Shown in pieces: positions 1-14,952 of a stretch of DNA of 64,000 nucleotides. A model generated the notes under the pieces. It was given only the letters and a program-made list of their open reading frames with translations, did not search any database and was not told where the DNA came from. Both the position numbers and the translations under genes were made by a program. Origin of the DNA: the human T2T-CHM13v2.0 reference genome, Homo sapiens. The stretch lies in NCBI RefSeq assembly GCF_009914755.1, contig NC_060925.1; one strand, 5' to 3'. The stretch's first letter is position 1. The number at the start of each line of letters is the position of its first letter.

Positions 1-1699
1 AATAGAAATACTGCAACACATTTAAAAACATAGTAGTAGCTACTTAAGAGAAGCAACTTCACAAATTTCTTTTTGAAACTCTAAACATTTTGAAAAAGAC
101 CAAACAATCAGGGTAAAGTTATGGAGTGCTTGGCCTTGTCACACAGGTACAGACACAGTGTAGATGGTATTGTGAGCAGGGTAGCTAAAGAAAACTGTAT
201 TTTCTGCAAACAGCTTAATCTTCCTTAGATAAGAAACTAAAAATAATAAATAAAACATTCCCCAAATAATAAATTAAAACATTTCCTAAAGTAATACTAG
301 CCCAATCAAGTCTAGCTTGAAGAATCTAATTCTAACAATTAGAAAGACAGGAAGGTTCAAGATTCAACATCGTGCCACAAACACATGAACATCCAAAAAT
401 CTCATTTGAGGTCCTGATTCAAAATACTAAGGCAGATCCATATAAGAAATCCTAGCTTTGGATGTGCAGGCTTAGTTTCCACTTACAAACTAAGAGGTGA
501 TTCTATAGATTATTAATCAGTTACAAAAAGAAAAAGAAATGGAAGACCATGAACCTCGCCAAAATTATAAAGGACAAGATAGGGCAGGAAAGGGCAGTGC
601 CAATTCTGTTTCCCAGAAATGTAATGGAATGTCAGGAAATTAAAGCCTGTTGAAAAGAACACACAGTGTCCTCAAGATTCCTACAGTGAATGCAGAATCA
701 ATTCCATTTCCATAGCACTCCCGTTTATGCTATGAAATAAACTAAATTCTGAAACTATGATTCAATAAACTCTTATCCTGCCGATAATGTAATTTAGAAA
801 ATACAAGAAATGCCAAGTACACTTAAATACGTTTTCCTTTGACCTAACACATGAAACAAGTATCTACAGGCTGGAAGAACATTTTCCCTTATTGGTATGT
901 GAGACAACATATTCCCAAAACTGCTGTTACTACCAACAGTCTAGAGAAAAATACTTTCTAAACACAAAAGCAATGGAATTAGAACCTAGCAGCCAAATAA
1001 TATGAATATGAGCAGCAAAGAATTTCCTCCCAAAAGTGTATATATTAAAAAAAAACAAACTATCTAACCCTTTCATATGGAAAATGTTTACTTGAAGAAA
1101 TCAACACAAAATAATATGTAATAAATTCATCAGTCTCTGAAAGCCCATGAAACTGTTACATAGAGCACACTATAAAAACGGTTACTGTAACAGCAAGTTA
1201 AGAAATGTGGATTCTAATTTTGGTCTCATTAGATGCCCTGAGTTACCAAAATCCAATGGCCTTCCCCTGTGATAATGGATTCCAATGGTGGCGCCAGCCT
1301 TTGTGGATATCCTCTTCATTGTCTTTCCTGGTGCTGGCATCTCACAGTTGGCTTCACATGCCATGCCACCAAGACAGACAGCCCTTTCTCTTGTTACCCC
1401 TCAGGGGCAGCGTACCCCAGCGGCCACACCCCAGATCTCCTCTCCTTCACACTCTCTCCCGTGGAAAAGTCACCCACACTACCACCATGCCAGCCAGCTC
1501 CACTCTGAAGACACTTCCTTCCTGGCAGCAGCTCAGAAATGCAGGAGCCCCCGGAATCCTCTCACTGTACCTCTCTGGGGAACTGCACCTCTCTTATTAG
1601 ATTCTAAGTCCTTCAGGGACAAGGACACTACCTAAATCATCTTTATTGGAACCACCCAACTCTCCTATTTTGTACCTCAAAGAACTCTATCTGAAGCAG

Positions 1700-2160
1700 T
1701 GGAAAGGGCACAGTATCACTCATATAGTATGGCTGGCCAAAATTACATAACCTAGATCTAATCGTGGGGAAACGTCAGACAAACTCAAACTGAAGAACAC
1801 TTGACAAAACTGGCTTCTAACTCTTCAAAAAGGTCGATGTCATAAAAAATCTTTAAAAAAGGTGAGGAAACATGTTGTGAAAACAAAGAGAGACAAGGGA
1901 TATTAAAGAGACACAACAATTAAATGAGGCTTATGATCATGGGGAAAATTACTATGAAGGCCGTTGTTGAAAAAACTGGCAAAATCTGAATATGAACTAT
2001 ATTGGACTATATCATATTGTATTAATGTTACCTTTTCTGATTTTGATAATCATACCATAGTTATGTAAGATAATTTTCTTGTTCTTGGGAATACACACTA
2101 AAGTATTCAGGGGAAAGGGTGTGATGTCTATATTTCATTCCCAAATTGTTCAGGAAAGGA
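1700..2160 (+). mobile_element. Old L1M (L1MC/ME-type) 3' fragment
   Basis: Blocks such as aatgttaccttttctgattttgataat...tatgtaagataat recur in other L1M copies at about 9000, 23670 and 49700. Confidence 0.6.
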
Positions 2161-2165
2161 AAATA

Positions 2166-2393
2166 CAGGTTGAGTTATCCTAATCCCAAAATCCCAAACC
2201 AAAAATGTTCCAAAATCTGCAACTTTCTGAGCACCAACATGATGCTCAAAGGAAATACTGGAACGTTTTAGATTTTTGGATTAAGGATATAGAATAAGCA
2301 AATATTCCAAAATTCCCCCTCCCCCACCAAAACATGAAATCCAAAACACTCTTCTAACCCCAAGCGTTTCAGGTAAGGGACAGATTCAACCTG
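2166..2393 (+). mobile_element. Tigger4a (MER46A/Zombi) MITE
   Basis: Terminal inverted repeats caggttgag...ttcaacctg flanked by TA duplications; internal match to the recalled consensus. Confidence 0.8.
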
Positions 2394-2479
2394 TACCACA
2401 GAGAGAGTCAGACAGCAAAGATGGTAAACACAGACAGCAATACAGCAAAAAAAGAGATAGAGGTTATCTCATAAAGTGT

Positions 2480-2652
2480 ATATTTCTAATAATTTTGTGC
2501 ATGAAACAAGGTTTTGATTGGGTTTTGATTGTGATCTGTCACAGGAGGTCAGGAGTGGAATTTTCCACTTGTGGCATCACTTCGGTGCTCAAAGCATTCT
2601 GGATTTTGAAGCATTTTAGATTTCGAATTTTCAGATTAGAGATGCTCAACCT
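2480..2652 (-). mobile_element. Tigger4b fragment
   Basis: aggtcaggagtggaattttccacttgtggcatc...gatgctcaacct end; homologous to 38040-38140. Confidence 0.7.
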
Positions 2653-2779
2653 ATAATAGAGCAAACCTATAATAAAGTTTAAAAGGTAATAAAATAAAAT
2701 AAATATAAAGCAAATATGGCAAAATACTAACAACTGGTGAATTGAGTAAAAGATATATGGAGGTTCTTTCTTGTACTAG

Positions 2780-3200
<421 letters not shown>

Positions 3201-4280
3201 ACAACCATCAGCTCTCATGGCATCTGGAGAGCTGACACAAGGGGCAATGAATGACCTGCCTCCCTGCCTGCAGTCATGGTGCTCTCACCCCCAAACAGAA
3301 GTCAATTAACACCCAGCTCCAAACTCACTCCAATCTCAAGAATATAGGATCAGTCCTCCTCCTCCTCCTCCTGGTCAGAGAATCTCAAGGAGTCTTGAAA
3401 CCGAGCAGTTCCATAATTAGGTTAGCCACTAGGTCACATTCAACCACAAATTCCAATTTTAGAAATGGGGCTCTGATTCCATGGAGCAAGCCTTGCTTTA
3501 CACTGAGTTCACCCTGGTACCCTACTCAGTGCTTAAGGGCATCCCAGAGAGGGGCCTTGTTTTCTCTCCTAGTTCTCTTGAACACGGGCTGCCTGTGTAC
3601 TGATGCTGACTACCCACCTGGACCTCACTCCTGCCACCACATTTTCTAGCCCATCGTTTGCCAGCCTGCAGGGATGTACATACAATCTGCAACCTGGCAC
3701 CCTCGTATTTCCATCTGTTGCCAACTGCCAAGGCCTTCCCAGAAGTCCTGTGATCCCCATGTACATCTATAATCTCTGGATCCCAGACATCCTTCTCTCC
3801 TCCTATTAATCCCAAGTGAACAACAGGTGTAGGATTAGCACTTCTGAATAGACTAAATGAGAGCTGAGTGGGAGAGAAGAATACACAATTCAAATCAATT
3901 TTTTCTAAAATTAAAAAAACCACTTTGTCCACTATAATACTTAAATTTGTAGTGAGTAGATTATGTACGTCTATCAAAGGTAAGTAAAAGCTGTAACATG
4001 AAAATTGCCTAAGTTTTATCTTAAAGAATTTCCTACTTCCCAGAAACAAAAAATGTCTACAACGTTGTATTCATTAACAAGAAACTTTAAAGCCAAAATG
4101 GGGAGGCGGGGCGGGGAGGGGAAGCAACACTCAGGAAATTCTAGAGAAAAAGTTTGGAAGAGATATTCTAATTAGTACTAACTTCACATCAAGAGAGGAG
4201 AAGTATTCAGAAGCAGTTTATTTAAATTTCATTTACTAATTGCCCCGCATATCTAGACATGGAACTGAGTTTTCGTTTTC

Positions 4281-4592
<312 letters not shown>

Positions 4593-4609
4593 TGAACTGA
4601 ACTGAGTTT

Positions 4610-4677
<68 letters not shown>

Positions 4678-4741
4678 ACTTTCTATCTATCTGTCCATCT
4701 TTCTATCTGTCTGTCCATCCATCCATCCATCCATCCATCCA
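4610..4741. repeat. Compound tetranucleotide STR: (TCTA)17 followed by TCTG/(TCCA)n
   Basis: Perfect TCTA run at 4610-4677, then ccat repeats. Confidence 0.95.
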
Positions 4742-4782
4742 GGAAGCTTGCTGATTTACCTATTAGCTTTAACAATTTGGAT

Positions 4783-5062
4783 GGGCCCGGGGGCTCACAA
4801 ATATAATGAGAGGCCGAAGTGGTGGGTGACTTGAGGTCAGGAGTTTGAGACCAGCCTGGCCAATGGGGTGAAACCCAGCTTCTACTAAAAATACAAAAAT
4901 AAGTCAGGCGTGATGGCATGCACCTGTAGTCCCAGCTACTCAGCAGTCTGAAGTGGGAGGATCACTTGAGCCTGGGAGGCAGAAGCTGTAGTGAGGCCAG
5001 ACTGCACCACTGCACTCCAGCCTGGGCAACAGAGCGAGACTCCACCTCAACAAAAAAAAAAA
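4783..5062 (+). mobile_element. Alu (old S/J type, degraded 5' end)
   Basis: Alu body with A-rich tail. Confidence 0.88.
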
Positions 5063-5426
5063 ACACAACACAAAACAAAACCAACACCAACAATAAAACT
5101 AATTTTTTCACAAGTTTTCTCAGATTTCCTATGGTGAAAATTATACTTTATTAATAAATGTTCATTTTTTCATTTCCAACCCTCACATATTTTCTTCTTC
5201 AAGTCTTAATGGATATTGAAATCCTGCTATTGTTTCTGGTTTCAGAGGAAAAAGTTTCCACACTCTGCCTTTAACTATGGTGCTTGCTGTAAGTTTATGG
5301 TAAGTATTCTGTTAGATTAAGGAAATTCATTCTACAATTAATTTTCCTTTTCTAAGAGTCCCCTCCCCAATTATTACAGAGCGTTGAATTTTATCAAGTG
5401 CTTTTTCTACATTAAGATGATTGCAT

Positions 5427-5690
5427 GGGTACAAAAAAAGAATGAATGAATAAGGTCTAGTATTTGACTGTGAAACAGGGTGACCATAGTCAATAATAAT
5501 CCAATTGTACATTTTAAAATAACTAAAATAGTATAATTGGATTGTTTTTAACACAAAGGATAAATGCTTGAGGGGGTGGACAACCCATTTTACCATGATG
5601 TGTCTATAATGCATTGTATGCCTGTATCAAAACATCTCATGTACCACATACATACGCTATGTATCCACAAAAATTAAAAATTAAGAAAAA
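5427..5690 (+). mobile_element. L1MA-type 3' end inserted into an older antisense L1M (about 5190-5990)
   Basis: L1MA 3'UTR motifs (aacacaaaggataaatgcttgagg, tgcctgtatcaaaacatctcatgtacc); TSD aagatgattg at 5414 and 5689. Confidence 0.75.
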
Positions 5691-5972
5691 GATGATTGTC
5701 TATGTTTTCTTCTTCTATATGTCGAAGAGGCAACATATGCTAACAGATAAATTATTAAGGCATTCTTATATTCTATAAATTTGGACATGCATATTTACCT
5801 TGCTAGACTCCGTTTGTTAACATTTCATTTAAACATTTTACATTCATGTTCATAAGATTGAACCTATAAATTTTATTTTTTTAACCTGGTTTTATAATAA
5901 AGGTTTTATTAGCTTCATAAAATGACTCAGGGGACCCATAACAACTTTCTCTGTTCTCTGGAACACTGGTAG

Positions 5973-6637
<665 letters not shown>

Positions 6638-6699
6638 TGATTTATTTTTCTTTTCGGTCTAATGAGATTAAAAAAATTATCCAATGCAAATTATAAAAA

Positions 6700-6940
6700 C
6701 TGCCTTTAAAGGGAGAAGGTATGCAGTTTTTACCTATTTCCTCTTTCTTCCAGGCGGAAATCTGGATGTAATGGCCATCACTACATTGCCAACCTTGAAA
6801 CAAGAGAACAGTGGCAGACAAGGTAGTAAAGGGTGGACCCCTGATGACTGTGAGGTCCTAGTCTAGGAGTGCTTCCTTTCAAACTCTGCTTACATGAGAG
6901 AGAAATGAAAGTGATATTTTATTTAAGCCTTTTACACAGT
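6700..6940 (+). mobile_element. MLT1-family (MaLR) LTR fragment
   Basis: tacatgagagagaaat...atttaagcc 3' signature. Confidence 0.5.
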
Positions 6941-7439
6941 CTCTTTCTGAAGCTTCCAGTATTTGAAGTTCTCGGGTGTGTCTTGCTGTTTGTCTCATCT
7001 GACCACAGTTAATGGTACATGGTTTCTTCCGATATTTCTGACGGTGAGCTTGGCATTCAAGGATATTTTATCTGTGGGGATCCTACAGGATCTTGGATGA
7101 GGGTGTCTCCCATTAAAAAACATTTTACATATGCTTCTGCCAGGTATCTTGAAGGGTTTACTGGCATGAGACCACTTTTTATATTGCCTTCTTATCCTAG
7201 AGTTCTCATATTCTGAAGGGCCCAGAATCCCAACCCTAAACAGGTGGGTTTCCCTGTTACTCCCCTCTAGGTTGGAAAATGTTAACAAACTCAATCCAGC
7301 CTCACCATGAGCTACTGAAAGATCAGCTTACTGCTTTAGTTTTCAGTTTCTCTTAATTCTTTGGAGCTCAGCTCCGCAGTTAAAAGTTTTGTTATGTGTT
7401 ATTCCATTACTCCAGGTAACATTCCTAGATGTTATCTGA

Positions 7440-7500
7440 CAAAGGGTTTTTGAAATGATCAAAGGGTTTTTGAAATGATCAAATCAAATGATCAAATGAA
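7440..7500. repeat. 20-bp tandem duplication caaagggtttttgaaatgat x2 plus partial copies
   Basis: Seen directly. Confidence 0.9.
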
Positions 7501-7929
7501 AAACAGGCTTTTGTCCTGTTTTATTAAAGTTATCTTAACTTCAGTAGGCTTTGTTTTCCAAAAATACATGTACTCTCAACCATCTCCAATATTTTCCATC
7601 TCAGGTAAATGTTTCTGAGAATTCAAATGTGATGGCAGATAAAAGCAAACAGGAAAAAATTTGTATCCAGCTCTAGCTGCTCATCTTCAAAAGCTACACA
7701 AAGACCACGAGCTGTGGTGAGTGGAAAAGGGAACTGTTACTCAAATGCAAGTAAATTTTAGAATGTCTCAAATTCAAATTAGTTGAAATACAGGTGTTTT
7801 AGATTGTTAACTTTTCCACTTAAGTATAAAGATTTATGTTGAGGAAAAAAATGGTCCCAAGGTCACAGAGCAAAGTGACAGAAAATTAAGAAATAAAGAC
7901 ATTAAAAATAATGAAATAAGGTTTCTTAA

Positions 7930-9180
7930 TGTTAAAGAAGAATGTTACACATAAGGAAAAGGGAATAAACTAGCAGAAATTCTGTAGTACTGGATTGAAC
8001 TTGGAGAATTTCACATGAACTTATGAATATACACACATAAATACAAAACTATAGGTGCAAGTGTGTGCATTATATATGCGATAGATACAAACACACGCAC
8101 TCCCTAGCTCTGTTTCTCAGAAGGTCAGAGAGCAGCAACACAAAGTAATGAGCACACTTAGCACCAAATCTAGGCTTTAAAATATCATTCTCCAAACACT
8201 GGGACAATCTGACCTCAAAATGAATAACAACAGCAGCAGGTTATAAACAATTAAATAAAATAGGAGGCCATTATTCCGCTAAATAAATGAATAAATCGAA
8301 AGTTTGATGAAGATGAGATCTACACAGTCACAAAGCAACCTCCCACAAAATGGTTATTAATTAAAAAGGGAAAAAGAGACACCGTACAATGGCAAAACCT
8401 GGCAGACATCACGTCCAGCAACTGGTCAAAGTGAACATTACCAGCAACTGGACAAATAAGAATTGTATACTGACAGGATACAGAAGAAAAGAACACAAAA
8501 TTTCTGTGATACATGATCTAACTCTAATAATAAGGAAACACCATAAATGCAAACTGAGGGACAGCTGGGCACAGTGGCATACACCAGTAGTCCCAGCTAC
8601 TAGGGAGGCTGAGGCAGGAGGATCACTTGAGCCCGGGAGGATCACTGAGGGGGGAGGGAGGATCACTTAATCTAGGCTGCAGTGCACTTAAACCGTACCT
8701 ACGAATAGCCACCTCACTCTAGCCTGGGCAACATAATAATACTCCATTGCTATTTAAAAAAATAATAACAATAACGCAAACTGAGGGACAGGATACAAAA
8801 TAATTGGCCTATTCTCTTCCAAGGTCATGAAGCCAAGAAGCAACTGAAAAACTGTTCCAGATTTAGGGAGACTAAACAAATATGACAACTAAATCCATAA
8901 TGCCAAACAAGATCCTTCTGTTGTAGGTTTTTATTAGGAACACCGGCAAAATTTGAATAGGGCCTGAGAATACCATGGTAATAATATTTTCATTGTTAAT
9001 TTCCTGATTTTGAGGGCTGTATTGTGGTTATGTAAGAAAATGCTCATGTTCATAGGAACTACACAAAATACTGGAGTATGAAAGAGCTTCAGGGTGACAA
9101 CATACTTTCAAATGATTCAGTTAATAAAGGTCTTCTACTCTACTTACAAGGAACTATTCTGTTTTAAAACAAAATAAAAT
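7930..9180 (+). mobile_element. L1MC-type 3' region
   Basis: aaacctggcagacatcac...ggtcaaagtgaacattaccag block shared with 23300 and 49360. Confidence 0.65.
8564..8775 (+). mobile_element. FAM (fossil Alu monomer)
   Basis: Monomer with the FAM-type gaatagccac segment; 16-bp TSD gcaaactgagggacag at 8549 and 8776. Confidence 0.8.
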
Positions 9181-9431
9181 GCACACAGTATTCTAACTAC
9201 CACACTAACTCTTAACTCTTGCTATTATTAACATTATTGCAGTTGTCAGTCTAGGAGAGAGAAAGTATAGTCCCTGTAAATGCCTCAAGTTTATGACTGC
9301 TCCTGAACATAATGATAGTAACATATAAGCCTCAACACTGCTGCAAAACTACACTTCTAGGAAGAGGAAGAGGAGAAGGGAGAAAAGGATGAGAAGAGGT
9401 GGGAGAAAAGCGGACAGCCTGCAGGAGATTT

Positions 9432-9965
<534 letters not shown>

Positions 9966-10402
9966 CCAGATGGCTGGAAGGATCAAGCCGTCAGATTAAA
10001 TGGCTAGAAGGTGTTAGACAAATGAAAAAAGCAACTAAGGACAGTAAAGAGAGGCATATAACCACGTCCCTATGGTCATCTCTTTTTGTAAGCTAAGACC
10101 AATCTATTTTATATTTTAGTTTAACCACCGACGCTGGTGTTTTAGCCAAATGCACCTAAGGCCTCCTAACTGGCTTTATTTATGAAGACCTCTGAGCTGA
10201 AATTTATTGACTTTATTAAGTTTCTTGGCAGACTCTGGATCAGACCCTTCAAACAAACAGAGAACACAATGACATTACTTGCAGAGTATGCTCACCACAG
10301 AAGTAAATCTGGATGAATCTTGTTCACATGTACAAAACTGAACACTCCCTGAGTGCAGAAATGTCAAAAACAAACTCCAAAAGCAAAGCCCAATTACCTC
10401 AG

Positions 10403-10419
10403 GGTTCAAAGTCAGGTCA
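10403..10419 (+). promoter_or_regulatory. DR5 retinoic acid response element motif GGTTCA-aagtc-AGGTCA
   Basis: Exact RGKTCA-N5-RGKTCA in apparently non-repeat DNA; function untested. Confidence 0.45.
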
Positions 10420-10527
10420 ACATTAGATTTAAGGCTCTCACATTTTTCACAATCTCTTAGTAGTTTGTATTCTACTTGGGCAAAAAATTATGCCCCCTAA
10501 ATTTTTGCCCAATTAAGTTTTGTTCCC

Positions 10528-10838
<311 letters not shown>

Positions 10839-10863
10839 TTAAATTTCATGGCTAGCACTAATA

Positions 10864-11192
10864 CAGAGTCATAATCCCTTATCTAAAATCCTTAGGATGA
10901 GAGGTTTACCAGAATTCAGAATTTTTATTTTAGCACTACAGCAAATATATCACAGCATGTAACACCCCAGCAGTGTTCATGTAATAATCCATATTCCATC
11001 ATATTAGTATTTTTAGAGTAAAACTTACACAAACTCACACAAAGTGAACTGAATTAAGAATATAAATAGCCTCCTATCAGTTCAGGTTAGGTTCAGCCAT
11101 CAAATACATTTTGGCACCAACCTTGGCATAAAATTTGTTAGATCTTCAGAACTTTCATATTTCAGAATTTAAGATAAGAGAGTATGGATCTA
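10864..11192. mobile_element. MER46C-like Tigger fossil
   Basis: aatcccttatct...gataagaga termini and internal aaatagcctc...agttcagg block. Confidence 0.6.
11079..11095 (+). promoter_or_regulatory. Second DR5 motif AGTTCA-ggtta-GGTTCA
   Basis: Exact RGKTCA-N5-RGKTCA inside the MER46C-like element; function untested. Confidence 0.35.
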
Positions 11193-12994
11193 TATTACTA
11201 TAGATGCTTTATCAGTATTAATAAGTATTCTAGATTAAAAAGAATGAAATATAAGTTTATACCTAATAATAACAAAGTAATTCCATGCCAATTACCAAGA
11301 AATCCATTCTTCCCAAATGTTAAAGGCAACAAATTCTAGAGTACAGAACAGTCAGTCAGTTTCCCACTATCACACATTATTAGTTCAATAAGTGGTAATC
11401 CATCAGGAACAAAAAAAATCAGATCCCTGACAAGATACAACATTCAGAAATATAATGACCAGGTTAGAGAAAAAAATAAAATGAAGCTGTACACTGAAAT
11501 TTAAAAAGGATCTATGCAAATAAATGTGAAAAAAATTCCAAAATTTCAGTGCTGTTCAATATGCTAACAAAGTATGGAAAATTACATAAATCAACGTATA
11601 ACTACTTTTGGAAAATCAGCTCTGAGAAATAAACAGTTCCATCTTAAGGTTCACTTTCAACTGCTCACTTAAAGTTCCTGCATTATTTAAGGAGACAACA
11701 GTCATGAAAGTCTGCAGTCATGGAATCACTATTCCTTAAATTTCCAGTGGACTTTCCTATATGCAGTATTGCCCAGGACCATTACACAATCAGAAGAACT
11801 TTGACATTTCCTTTCTACATTAACTTACATACTTACCTAAATAACTCAGGGCACTAAGAGTCAGCATACAGTACACTATGTAGCCACGACTACTTACTAG
11901 TCCTACTCATTAAAACTGGGGGAAAACTATATAGGAAACCAGCTTATCATACAGCCTCCTCCCTCACAAACGTGAAACAAAGACAGAAACAGAGGTAAAT
12001 TCTGCAAGGGTATGCACCCTGGGAATTCTAAGAACTGGGCTGTGCACAGCCAGTTTTTCTACACTCTGTTAAATTAGATGCATTTTTGGATCATTTGAGC
12101 AGCTGTGGGAACTATAGCCCTAACCCCAAACTTCAGAGATATAAGGAAATGTTCGGGATAACACCAGCAAGCCAAGGCAGTAGGCTGCATTAGCTCCACT
12201 GCTGCAAATGTCTACAACGGCCTTTACACTTCAACTGTGAGAAGTTTGAGATTTGCCTCAAAGTTTACTTATAAATGGGCACTTAAGTATTTGTTCAGTT
12301 CAAGTCATCCAACACTACTCAAGCACTTAAAACACACAAAGCAGAAGGTGGACATAGGGAACACAAGTGTAGAAGAAAATCAGTGGTGACTAGAAAGGTC
12401 ACTAAGGGAAGTGATTCAGGATGCAGATCCTGTAAGTGTGCTGCTATCATCATGTCTCTGTGTTCCTTATTGCATCCATATTTTAAAACAAACCCGATGG
12501 GATGTATTGCCCTGAAAGACTGTCAGCAGCACACAATGAAAAATAAGAAAAGAACTTGAGTGAGTGCCTGGTTTACAAAGGTAAGTTACATATTACTTTT
12601 AATAAGCATTCAGCAAAACATGTATAACTAACATTTGTAAAAAATAATTTTGGTTAGTTGTTACAAACCTGAGAGTTGAAGAGTTAAAAGACAAAAGCTA
12701 CTTTAGTTAATTAATATAACTTGTGCAACAGGAAAACTATCAAGTGATTAAATAAGCACAATATCACTAAAATAACATCCAATTCCTTTGTATCTAGAGA
12801 GAAATCCAAGTTCAAGCATTTTACAATTTACCTGGGCAACAGGAAGACATGAGAAGGTAGCCAATAAATGCATATGTAAAATAAACATTTCAAAATATCA
12901 GATGCTTAAGAAATATTACCACTGACCAGCTTCTTTATCATTGGAACACGGCATACTTTTGAAAAAACAAACAAACAAACTCAACCATCATAGT

Positions 12995-13308
12995 TTTCTT
13001 TCTTTTCCTTTTTTTTTCTTTTTTTCTCGAGATGGAGTCTTGCTCTGTTGCCCAGGCTGAAGTGCAGTGGGGCAATCTCGGCTTACTGCAACCTCCGCCT
13101 CCCGGGTTAAAGCAATTCTCCTGCCTCAGCCTCCAGAGAAGCTGGGATTAAAGGTGTGTGCCACCATGCCCAGCTAATTTTTGTATTTTTAGTAGAAATA
13201 GGGTTTCACCACGTTGGCCAGGCTGGTCTTAAACTCCTGACCTCACGATCCGCCCGCCTTGGCCTCCAAAGTGCTGGGATTACAGGCGTGACCCACCTAC
13301 ACCTGGCC
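12995..13308 (-). mobile_element. AluS
   Basis: Full dimer; TSD catca(t/c)agtttt. Confidence 0.92.
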
Positions 13309-13674
13309 AAGCATCACAGTTTTCTAAAGGAGAAAAGGTACTCTTTGATGAGCATTATATTACTATCCATACATCAAGCACTATCTAGAATCTAGCTTCT
13401 GATGCTGTCTAGAAAATAGCATCCAATATTGAGAGGAAGAGAGGGAGACAGACAGACAGATACACTAATGCGAGCCCCAAGAGAGCTGTGGGCAGCTTCA
13501 TAAAACCACAACAAAAAACACGTTCCCTTCTACCCCTACGTTGACTACTCAACAACATTCTAAGTTTTACATACGGTTTCTGAAAGTCCTCTAGAAAAAT
13601 GTTCTCAATAAAATGATACCCATTTTGCCTTTACACTTAATGTAGTTCTTTTGCTAACTTCTTTGAGCCAAGTA

Positions 13675-14017
13675 TTATTTATTATTTATTTATTTATTTA
13701 TTTTTTATTCTTTTAAAAGACAGGGTGTCCCTCTGTCACCCAGGCTGGAGAGTGCAGTGGTGCCAACGCAGCTCACTACAGCCTTGACTTCCCAGGCTCA
13801 AGCAATCCTCCTGCCTCAGCTTCCTGAGTACCTGGGACCACAGGTGCAGCCCACCACGTCCAGTTAATTTTTATTTTATATTTTGTTGAGAGAAGAGGTC
13901 TCACCATTTTGCCTAGCTAGGCTGGTCTCAAACTCCTGGGCTCAAGCGCTCAAGCAATCCTCCCACTGTGGCCTCCTAAGGTTCTAGGATTACAGGCATG
14001 AGCCACTGCACCTGGCC
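13675..14017 (-). mobile_element. AluJ with (TTTA)n tail
   Basis: Diverged Alu with J-type ctcctgggctcaagc. Confidence 0.9.
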
Positions 14018-14737
14018 GGGGATGTTTTATTTCCTTCTAAATCTTCACATGTATAAACATGTCTTGGGTGTCCAGAGCATATATTACTTGATCAGTGGCT
14101 AACATCCTGTTTTTAAAATCCTTAATAAAATATGCAGTCACATGATCAATACAGGGCAAGTATGAATATATACACTCATAAAAATTCTTCCACGTGCTAC
14201 ATTAAAGTAGCATCTATGACAGACATAAAAATTGTTAAATTACTCTGACCCTATTGCTTCTCATTTTAAAAAAATAGTAATTCAAACTGTTACATAGATC
14301 TTACCAAGATGTTTTGAGAACTTGATGTGTCTGACTCATACTAGTAGTCTTACTAAAGATATTTCAGTGTGTGTTCCTGGAGTTTTATTACCAAGAGTGA
14401 ACAAAACAAATGAGTAACCAACAAACTTTCCAAAATTACTTAGTCTTTTTCAATATGGTATTATGGAAGGCTTGACAGAATGTGAATCAGGGAAATAATC
14501 TACCAATTCTTAATACTTAATTCAAAATACAGATAAACTAAAAGTATATCTTTATCCCACCTTCTTTCAACCCAAATTTTCTCATTTTTCTTTTTCTGAA
14601 TAAAAGTAAAGAGCAAACAAAAAGCCACTTTAGATGTCAAAGACATTAATTACAACTCCTCCCCAAGAAGTTTACTGAAGGACTCTGGAGTCATTTTTTT
14701 TAAGTATGTTACTAGTGTATGTCCAGAAGCATAAACT

Positions 14738-14766
14738 ACACACACACACACATACACACACACACA
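14738..14766. repeat. (CA)n microsatellite (UG repeat in the pre-mRNA)
   Basis: Seen directly, about 52 nt into the intron after the exon C donor. Confidence 0.95.
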
Positions 14767-14817
14767 AATGAGAAAAGGAAAAGAGTTCTCAATGAATGGA
14801 CACAAGTGACTCACTTA

Positions 14818-14952
<135 letters not shown>

